From Heteronotia binoei (Eukaryota): a DNA stretch of 64,000 nt. Made by a program: the position numbers and the translations under genes. The notes under the pieces were generated by a model that worked only from the letters and a program-made list of their open reading frames with translations, was not told where the DNA came from and searched no databases. This document shows, in pieces, positions 12,363-23,300 of this stretch (the stretch's first letter is position 1; each line of letters opens with the position of its first letter). The stretch lies in assembly GCF_032191835.1 (NCBI RefSeq), contig NC_083231.1:36394001-36458000 (forward strand), in the 5' to 3' direction.

Positions 12363-15300
12363 TTGTCTACAGCCTCCATCCCACATAACTTTTGTCCATG
12401 TAGGTCCCATGATCCACAGCACAGCCTTTTTGGGTAGTCAAAGGAGACCCTTGTACCTATTTTCATCTGCAGAAATCTGGTTGGAGCCAGCTTTATGAGT
12501 GCATATGTATGAGTGTGCATATTGTTGGTAATGATTAGTTTACTATGCATGTTTTTCTTTATTATTCTCCTATTAATATTGTGGTTTTCAAAAACTTTAA
12601 ACATTCCTTCCACCTTTCATTCTCTGGGACTAAACAAACAGGTTTATGACTCACGGTAACCAAAGGCAATATTCTTCTTAGGTTCATTGCTTTTCATGCA
12701 TGCAAAATATCTCTAGTCCCAATTGTACTAGAATGGGCTATGGAACCCCTCCTCCCACCCCCCACCTCCTGCATTCTACATATGCTCAAGGACATTCCTT
12801 TAATATTCATGTTTGCCAGAGCTCAAGCTTCCACTGAAATAAAACTGAGAAGTTATCCCTGATGAGCTCTTTCTGAGATTATTAATCTTATTTTCCATTC
12901 AATATGCTGCACTCAAATATACTTAGCTTTATACTGTACTGGATTGGCAAACAGATCTCAAAACCCATTTTTGTCATGCACTAGCATGAGAAGATTGGAT
13001 CCACAATGTAAGAATGAGAACAGTTCTTTGTTATTTTTCCCCGCACTCTCTCTCAGTTCAAGAAACGTTCCAAAGGGCTGTTCTAATCTCCCTAGATCAA
13101 GAAGTCAGACCAACTGTTTTAGCTCATCAGGAGTTTGCTTTTGGCTCAAGGGCTCTCAGCCTGTATTCTTATAATTATTCAGCAATTAAAATCCTGTGGA
13201 ACTATGCCATTAATGAACAAAGGAAGTGGGAAGATGGAGACAAGATTGATTTTTTACAGAATAGTAGAACGTTTCACATCTGTGCCAAATTATTTATTTC
13301 TGTGTTACCTGAGCATACAAATGTTGTTACCTGACCCACATAAGATGAACTGATGTCCTCAATAAAAGCAAGGTCCATATCACAGTTTCGCCACTACAAT
13401 GTTCTCTTTCAAGGCCATTTTTTTTCTAGAGAGAATGATTGCAAAAGACAAAGAGAATGACCTACTGGTTCATATTTATTATAATAGTGGTTTCCAGGTC
13501 AAGGCTTCGATACTGGAGGAAGCTGAGAGGCTGCCTCAATGAAGAGACTATTCAGTCCAGTACTGTCTATTAGGATACCTGGTTAATATAGCAGAGTTTG
13601 CCCAGTTCTAGAAGCATGTTACTGAACGTAGTAAATAAATCTCCCAAGAAATATATTGCAAAAAAGGTAAACTTACATTTATTCAAGTAGATTCAGTTCA
13701 CATTCAGGTTGCAATCAAAAGGAGAGAAAGAAGCCTAATCTAAAGAGTACTTTCCCAATCACAAATGGCGAACTTGTCCAGGAGCATATGTGTGGGAGTA
13801 TGAGGACATTGTATCTACAGGAGAGACCTGCAGAGACATGTGTCTCCATGGGAGGCCATGTGAGGACAGGGAGAGGACAAAAAGAGAGAGGAGGAGTCAC
13901 AGGGCACCCCCCCAGGTTAAGACAAAGAGAGGCATCTGGTTCCAGGAGAAAGTCCAGGCATGCAGAGATGCTCCCTCTAATACGGTCTTCCTTAACTGGC
14001 TGCAGATTTCAGGGTGGATTTCAGGGTGGGTGCAGATGGATGCCTGTCCCATCTGTGCTACCAGGGATCCTTTACTTCAGCTACTCACAAAAATATATCC
14101 ACTCTTAGTTCTCTATTTACCCCACCACAATATCATTACACAGTTGTGTTTTGTAGTTTGGGTTTGGATTTGGATTTACACAACTGTTGAGACAAAATTA
14201 TGACAGCCAACATGTTGTAGTTAGAGTGTTGGACTAGGATCTGGGAAATCCAAATTTTAACCCCCATTCTGGCTTAGAAGTTTGCTGGGTGACCTTGGGG
14301 CAGTCACTCTATCAGCCTAATCTACCACACAGGGTTGTTGTGAGGAAAAAGCAGAAGTGAGAATTATGTTGTGAGTAGCTCTTAGTCCAAGCTGGGTATA
14401 AATTTCTAAACTACTAAATAATTTTTTTAAAAACCCTTAAGGTATTGTTAAAATACATTTTAACTGGATATACATTTTAAATCTTCAAACTGTATGTGGC
14501 TAACACACACATACTGTCAGCAAGCAATAGAAACTACATATCTACAACACCCAGTGACACTTTGTTTAAAATTCAAGTTCAGAATTTGATATTGTGTCAA
14601 TGTTATTATGGTCCAGCAAGTATGTATGGGCAATCTGGCTGGCTAGATGGGTGTCCCCTTCCTCTTCTGAAGCTGTGTGCTTGATGGAAGGGGATGACCA
14701 TCTCAGCAAGAGGCTTCAGCAGGTGCATGGGACACTTCTGCCTGTAAGAAGAAGGGGAAGGGAGAAGGTCCCTGGTCTAATTTTCTGCATATCTTTGACT
14801 GTTTTGAAAGTCATAGAGTATACAGCTAAACTGGCTCATGCATGTGAAAAGAAGTGCAAATTACTGGGATCACATGCATATGCTTACTAAAGACCAAAAG
14901 TGCATGTGACCCAGCAAACATGGGCCCATTATGCACACATATTGTACTGCAAATTTTCAGAGCAGTAAGCCTTTAATCTTGTCTTTGGATTCTGTGCCTG
15001 CCTTACTCACCATTCTTTTTATTCTAGTCACAGTGCATTTATTCTTCACCTACAGTTTTTTAAAAATACACTTTTCTAAACCAGGGTAGAATGTCACCAT
15101 GAGGCTATTTTGAAAATGAGCAATTGAATATTGTCATCTCTCTGAGTTCCTGACTTCCTCATTATTTTTTTTAAAAAAGTCTGTCTCTGGATGCTTTTGT
15201 TGTAGAGATACAAGGGACGTGACTGATTTAACTGATACTCCACTAAAATGGATCCCCCTGTCACTGTTTCTGTATTCAAAATTTATCTTCCAGGAAATGG

Positions 15301-16786
15301 CTCAGTAGGCATAGGGATGGATAAAACAAAAGTTGGTTTATCAAAACAAACTGAAAAGGAAGGGTATTGGTATATACACAGGTGTTTAGGATTGAACAGA
15401 TATAAACTTGCACACAAAACTTCTGCTGAGGTAACTGGGTTTACATGATACAGTGTTTCCCTGAAACTTAACTTTCTTTCAAGGTTTCACAAATGTCACT
15501 GGTTTAACTTTTTATGACTGGTCTGTATTTCTGGTTAACGTTTTCCTTTCACAGTTTCCCACAAACTTGAGTTCACTAAGCTTTGTTCTTGTGAGTATGA
15601 GACTAATGTCTCTGCCCTAGACCTCCTCTTGGCACGATCATTACTATCTGCCTGTTCAGACTAGTAACCTGAGCTTGTGGGCACCTTTTGAGGACCTTGT
15701 ACTGTCACCTCAAAATCCCTCTTCCAAAGCCTGATCTGCTAGCCTTTCAGTCTCTTCTTCCCTTTGGACACTAAGCTTCATAAAGGGACTGTTTTCCCCA
15801 TCAAGATGTGCTTATTTGATTGACAAATACAGACACTGTTCTTCACTTCTGAGAGCAGTCTCTCACCAAAGTCTCTAATATTTAACCCCACTTCATGGGC
15901 TCGGCATTAGATTTTGCCTTGTGACTTTTATCACTATCTAGAGAGCGTCTCCGAAAGACCTCTGCTCTCTTCTCTAGTCAGTCTTTAACTCCCCAACTGA
16001 TTTTTCCAACTGCCTAACTGACAGTTTGAGGCAGTCCACCAATGGGAGTGAGTTCTATCAGCTGTCACTCAATGGTCCTCAGCATGCATATTGCTGCTGT
16101 TTGTCACACATGACATCACCAATTTAAACAGTACCAATAAGTGAACCATCAACTTTCATTCAAAGCACAGGATACAAACCTAGCAGGCACATCTTAGCTC
16201 ATGAGCACTTCTCTACCCTCCTAAAGGGCTGGCTACATTGCTCCACCCAAATTGCTTCCTTATTCACTTTTGACTTGCATAGTTTGCTCAGGATATGCAC
16301 TATAGCATGGTAATGGAAAAAAATGTAGAGCATGGCAATATTTGGCACCTGCTTTACTCAGAAGAAAGAAAACAACAGCGTTATTTTTATATGCATACAG
16401 GATAAAGTTTGATGAAGAAAGACATGCCACTTCCTGAGATCTCACACCAAAATCAATAAAAGCTAACACAAGAGCTTGTGCACAGTTAAATTCATTCTTC
16501 TTCACAATAGCTCATAAACTGTGGCAGTCCCTGTGGGAACAATAGCACTGGTATATTTCAGCATTTTCAGCCAAAGCCCTGAAAAAGAGAATTCTTAAAA
16601 TTATATCAATTCACTATTTGGAAAGATAAGGTGCAACACTCAAACAAAATTAAGACAAATTTTTTTGTTTAATTTTCAAATGTAACCACAACCTCTGAGA
16701 TCTGAAAAATCTGACAGACAGGCCACTGAAAAGACTATATAATTTCTCTGTCCTCTGTATATCTGGGAGACAGCACTAGACTTAAC

Positions 16787-16804
16787 ACAATGAACTTCCT
16801 TTGT
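16787..16804. promoter_or_regulatory. Possible SoxE-type inverted dimer site about 290 bp upstream of the ENPP6 ATG
   Basis: ACAATG-aacttc-CTTTGT; motif only, and the spacer is longer than optimal. Confidence 0.25.
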
Positions 16805-17087
16805 CCTGCTCCGCTGTCCCCCCCTCCTCTACAGCTAGTATTCACTAAATTACTCTCTCCTGCATCATCCCAGCAGACAAAGTTTATCATATCACAGCAG
16901 TTAGAAAGTAACTTTTCAAGTCTGCTTGTATGCAATCCATGCAGCTGTACCTTTAAACTTTGGAATCAAACCAGCCAAGTGAGGGCCAGCCCTTGAGAGC
17001 AGCTTCAAATGCTGGTTTCAGAGTAAGAGCAAAAGGAGACAAGCGGTGCTGACTGTGCTCTGGAGAGACTCCTCTGCAACCACCAGA

Positions 17088-17325
17088 ATGGCAAAGCACG
17101 CAGCCCTCTCTCTCCTCTTTGTCATGACTCTGGCAAGCTCATCCCTTGCACATCGGAAGCTTCTGCTGTTCCTGATTGATGGCCTTCGCCATGATTATAT
17201 CAACGACCAAGAGCTGGAGTCCTTGCCTGGCTTCAAAGAGATTGTCAACAGTGGTGTGAAAGTGGATTACCTGACCCCAGATTTCCCTAGTCTTTCCTAC
17301 CCAAACTACTACACCTTGATGACTG
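17088..17325 (+). CDS. ENPP6: ENPP6 coding exon 1 ([10 protein letters not shown]...DGLRHDY...[15 protein letters not shown])
   Basis: ATG in ccagaATGg context; signal peptide; first Zn ligand Asp and catalytic Ser (TCC 17295-17297); donor G|GTGAGT at 17326. Confidence 0.96.
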
Positions 17326-20300
17326 GTGAGTATACTCTTTCACTTTCTCACTGGGATGCTGTTAAGAGCTGATAGCTTTTTATTATTGACAAACACATAA
17401 GGTCACTGTGTTCCGTAACACTAAGAGGATGAGTGTAGACAAAGCTCTCTGATGAAGAAGAGTTGGTTTTGTATCCTGCCCTTTACTACCTGAAGGAGTC
17501 TCAGAGCAGCCTACAATCACCTTCCCCTCCTCTCTCCACAACAGATAGCCTGTGAGCAATGCTCCCTCTAAGCTGTGGAGTCTTGTGAGCGGAAATTCTA
17601 CTTCATCAGCTACTGACATTAAAGTTGTCAGCTATTGCATAAATTACTTTGCTCCTGAGCTATGACAAAAATGTGTGAACTAGAGGCTAAAAAACTGAAC
17701 TAAGACAAAAATGTGTGAGCCAGAGGCTAAAAAATGGTGAGCTAGCTCACACTGACTCAGCTTAGAGGGAACATTGCCTGTGAGGTAGGTGGGGCTGAGA
17801 GTGTTCTGAGAGGGCTGTGACTGACCCAAGGTCACCCAACTGGCTGCATGTGGAGGAGGAGGAAATCAAGCCCTATTCTCCAGATTAAAGTCCACCACTC
17901 TTAATTACTACATCAAACTGGCTTTCTCCAGTGCATTCTTCCTGAGCATTCAAGAATGGTTAAAAAGGCATGGCTGGACAAGGTATGGCAGTATTTGAAC
18001 TGGAGAGCCATCAGTTCATTTAACTTTATTATAATGAAAGAAGTAATAGAGCCCTGTGACGCAGAGTGGTAAAACTGCAGTCCTAAACTCTGTTCATGAC
18101 CTAAGTTGGTCCCAGCAGAAGCTGGGTTCAGGTAGCTGGCTTGAGGTTGACTCATCCTTCTGAGGTCATTAAACTGAGTACCCAGCTTGCTGGGGGGAAA
18201 GTGTAGATGACTGGGGAAGGCAATGGCAAACCACCCCATAAAAAGTCTGCTGTGAAAACACTGTGAAGGCAATGTCACCCCAGAGTCAGAAATGACTGGT
18301 GCTTGCACAAGGGACTACCTTTACCTTTGCCTTTTTTTTTTAATCATGAAAGAAAGTTTCATGTAATATGGTCAGACAGTTGCTAGTTATTTTCAAAGCT
18401 CCACCATGGAAAAATCTAACCTGATTATTCTTACCAGCACTCTGCATTATTAACCAAGTATTGGCATGGCTTCCTCCTTCAAGGAATACTATTTGGCACA
18501 GCAAAGATAATTATACTCAGGGTTTTTTTGAGCAAGAATGCAGTTCTGGCTGGCTTGGCATCAGGGATGTGGCTTAATATGCAAATAAGTTCTTGATGTG
18601 CTTTTTCTACAAAAATCCCTGTGTGAAGTAATAGTGATGCCAGAGATGTGGCCTAATATGCAAATGAGTTCTTGCTGGGCTTTTTCTACAAAAATCCCTG
18701 TGTGAAGTAATAGTGATGCCAGAGATGTGGCCTAATATGCAAATGAGTTCTTGCTGGGCTTTTTCTACAAAAAAAGCCCTGATTACATGAGCCTAGGATA
18801 CATAGGGATGAATCCTGAGTTCTGCTAATTAGGGCCCTTTCCTTTGGTACATTGAACTTTCCCCTGAGGACCACACTCTTGGATCAGCAGAAAAAAGGAA
18901 AGTTTCATCAATAGTTGAAGAAATGTGGGATCCAACTCAGAATGTTTGTTTTTCCTCAGCTGGCTCATACTCCATCACTGGATTATGCTGAGTGATTGAA
19001 ACATTTTGCTCATGGTTGAAAATGGGTGCTCAACCTTACAGAAAAAGATTTTAAAATGTAATGGGATCAGGGAATCCTTTTTTAATTTATACAAACCAAA
19101 TTTTGTAATTATTCAAAATTAAAAAATTAAGAACCGTCTTGGGATAGGGAACATCATTTCTTTTTAAGAAATTGTTTGTTGCAGTAGAGCATACAAATGG
19201 ATAATTTAAACTGTAAATAATTTCTTTGCTGTTCACTCAAGGAGCATCTATGATATATACTGTGTGATGTATCTTCCATGTGTGTGTGTAAACCAAATAT
19301 ATGCAAACCAAATTATATATATATAAATTTAAGCATGCACGCATGACAATTTCAGTGTATGTCACAGGCAGGAATTTTTCATAGTGAGAAATGACTGTTA
19401 TGATTATAATTTTATGTTAAAAAGACTTGTAAAGGTTTACATTGAAAGCATTTCTACCACAGTTTGTGCATAGTACACCTGCATTAGAGATTCTCCTTTA
19501 AAAGTGGGTTTACTGAAGCTGTGGTAGGTCTGTCTTATCATATGACAGTACAGTAAACTTTATGATTAGGCAGCTACATACTCGCTTGGCCACTCATGAA
19601 GTACTGAAACCCTAGAGACACTGCAATTGCTTTAACAGGCCACCTACAGAGTGAGCAGTTCATGAATTGTAACATGTAATGTTTCCAAAGTTCACTTTCT
19701 CACTTGATCATTATATAGCAGGAATGCATGAGAAAGAAATGGGATATAAATAAGGGAAATGTGCCCAGATACCAGCTGATAAATTGTTGTATAGCAGGAC
19801 TACTCTTTTTCTTTAAGACAAATTAATACTCTCTCTCTTGAATTTCATATTTGGGATTTATTAGTTGCTACTGTGGCCCCCCTTTCAGCACCTCCCTATC
19901 GCCACCCTGCTTTCCAGTAAAAACACTTTCACTTTAGAAACATAGCAGTGCACAGGTACATGTACAGGCCAATCCTGAGGCATGTTTACACACAGAAACA
20001 AGTTCATTTTATTCAGAAAGGTTTGCTGCCAAGTAAGTCTCTGCATGACTGCAGCCTTACTTATTAATGATTTAAATCATTTTATCCTGCTTTTCCACCA
20101 GTTACACAATGCTGCTTAAAATAATAAATTATGCAATAAGGAAAATGCTGTAGCATGAGTTCTTTGGTTTAGGGAAAAAAGACAACTGGAGACATGGTAA
20201 AGGTTTATAAACTTATGCATAGTGGTAGGGAGGTGGGGGAGAGAAACAGTTTTTTTGCCCTTATAATAATAGACTTGGAAGTCACAAAACAAAATTGATC

Positions 20301-23300
20301 AGCCATATATTGAGGAAAGACAAAAATGTTATTTCATCACTTAATGCCTCATATATTGAATTTACTGCCACAAAAAAGCTAGATATTAGAGGAGGTGGCT
20401 ATAAAAGCGCCTTAGACAAATAGAACATGAGAGTCTCCAGGGCTTTTTTGTAGCAGGAACTCTTTTGCATATTAGGCCACACACCCCTGATGTAGCCAAT
20501 CCTCCAAGAGCTTATAGGACTCTTAGTACAGGGCCTACTGTAAGCTCCAGAAGGATTGGCTACATCAGGGGTGTGTGGCCTAAGTCTCAAAGCATTTAGC
20601 CTGGAAACTCCATACTCAGAGGCAATGTGCTGCTGGTAAGCTGAGAAACAATAAATTGGTCATAATGTTGCAGCTCCATGATACCATTAATGGATGAATT
20701 GACATACTCTCATCATAATTGTGACCATATGAACACATGAAGCTTTCATATATTGGATCAGACCATTGATCCATCAAGGTCAGTATTGTCTATTCAGACT
20801 GGCAGCTGCTCTCCAGGGTCTTAGGCTGAGGTCTTTCCCATCACCAATGACCTGATCCTTTTAATTGGAGATGTTGGGGACTGAACCTGAGACCTTCTGC
20901 ATACAAAGCAGATGCTCTGCCACTGAACCATGGCCACTCTCTGAAGCTCAGCAAGAAACAGGACAAAAACCACACCTGATGATTTAGATGTTTAGCAGGC
21001 TCTAGCTCTGAAACCACTGGCATGCTTGGGATTCCATCAATGCCTTTTTCTACACTGTCACAAGAAAGAATTGTATTGCTCCTTGAGAGTCCATTAGCAT
21101 GATAAACCAGGTAAATTCAATAACACACATTAAAAGATATAAAAAATGTAAAGCTCAAAATTACAGTTAGTAAAAAGGTAAAGGTAGTCCCCTGTGCAAG
21201 CACTAGTTGTTTCTGACTCTGGAGTGACATTGCTTTCACAATGTTTTCATGGCAGACTTTTTTATTGGGTGGTTTGCCATTGTCTTTCCCAGTCATCAAC
21301 ACTTTACCCCCAGCAAAATGGGTACTCATTTTACTGACCTTGGAAAGATGGAAGGCTGTGACAACCTTGAGCTGGCTACCTGAACCCAGCTTTTGCTGGG
21401 ATTGAACTCAGGTCAGGAGCAGAGCTTGGACTGCAGTACTGCAGTTTACCACTCTGTGCCACGGGGCTCATATGGTTATCTGCAATTAGTAAATAAATAT
21501 TATCACACATTTTGCCTTAGTTTCTGACCTACAATTTAGACATCGCTGTAATGTTATTTGTAAGTATGGGCACAGATCCTAACCTAATCCAAAGTCTGAG
21601 CTGGACTTTGCCTGGTTTGGAGTTTGCGTGCCAAAGTTCAGAGAAGGCACCTTCTCCTGAACACTCACTAAGCTTTTCTGCTTGGTTTGGCTTGCATGTA
21701 CAACACATCACTTCCAGATGGCACTGGGCCCTGCCCCCAAATGCCTTCATCATCCATAAGTGACGTAAGTGTGTTGCTGATGTGATTGCATCACTTCTAG
21801 GTAATGTGGGCATGGTGGGGGCCAGGCCCAATGCCACCCAAAAGTGACACAACTGCATTGAGGGATCAATGCATTTGCATCACTTCCAGATGACACGGGC
21901 ATGCTGGGGGCAGCCCAATGCCACCTGAACCAGCTCAGTTCGAGCAGGTCTTTTGTTCAGGGGTTCAGTTTGGAGTTCAGCCCAGGGTTGCCTGGTTCAC
22001 AAGTTCTGGACTGAACCGGGCTTTCCATGTCTGTGCCCATGCCTAATTACTGGTAATTAACAGCAACAAAGCAACAACTTGCTCTGTTACCCTTTAGCTA
22101 CTTGCTCGTATATAAACCCCTAAAAGAGACTCTAAGGGGAGGAGAGGGACCTCAGCAGAGTACAATGCCATAGAGTCCATCTCCTATAGTAGCCATTTTC
22201 TCCAGGTGAACTGATCTCTATTGCCTGGAGATCAGTTGTAATGCCAGGAGATCTCCAGATCAGTCACCTCCTAGAAGTTGGCAACTCTTGGGATAGTCAG
22301 GCTACTTGGAATAAACCCATCAAAGAAACTACATGGGAGTGGCAGCCCAATGAAGGTACACCCATTTAAGCCAACTTCCTGGTTCAATGCCTGAAGCACA
22401 AGTTCACTCATTAGTTTGTACCCTTGAGGCTTTTGACCTATTGAGCAAGGGAAGATAATAAGCATGAGACTAGCATCATGGCCCTCCACACAGCCCATCT
22501 TCTCTTAGCCTTGCTCCAGCAAGCATATCTTTTGCACATCCAAAATTTCTAGCATATCTAATTGATGGCTTGCACTATCATTATTATTAGTGAAGAATTG
22601 GAGTCCTTGCCTGGTTTCAAAGAGGTTGGAGAGAAACAGTGGGTTACCTCACCCGGATCATCCAAAACTTTCTTATAACTGATGAGTACTTAATGGCTAC
22701 ATTGTCACCTTTTAATTCTGAAAGTTAGGTGAGGTAATCAGACATGGCAGCATGAACACAATGTGGATAAGACTTTGAGGAGTAGCTAAGGGCATGTCTA
22801 CGCCTGAGGCTTAAGTGATTCAGTTGTCATTTCTACTCCTTAGGGAATTCTGGGAAATGTAGCTTTGTAAGGGGGTAGGTATATCAGAGAATGCTTCACT
22901 GTCACCAAACGCAACTTGCAGGATCATTTGGGGGAAACCACAGCAATATGAATACACATTAATTGTGTTTCCTGATTAATATCACTGGAAAGATGAGGTG
23001 CATATGGATATACCACCCTGATTCATAAATAACTGCTAAATTTCATTGATGTGTTTTTGCAACAATACTTTGCAAATCAAGAGGTTACAAAAGTAGTCTA
23101 CTGATCAGACAGCATTTATTTATCCAGTATCCCAACCCTCTGTTTATACTTTGCTGTGAAAAGTCTTTTCTCAACTGCCACAGAAGATTATCATCTCAGG
23201 TAAAGAAGGCACAAGCCATCGTTTTAAAAAAATGTTCTTTGGGTCAAGCATCCAGAGACTTGATGCACTAAAAAGAAAGTAATAAAGAAGTACTTTCCCC

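Noticed and set aside
17046-17087. Upstream TTG/GTG-started extension of exon 1 ORF shown in the ORF track
   Set aside because: The ATG at 17088 gives a normal signal peptide at the expected position; the extension is 5' UTR.
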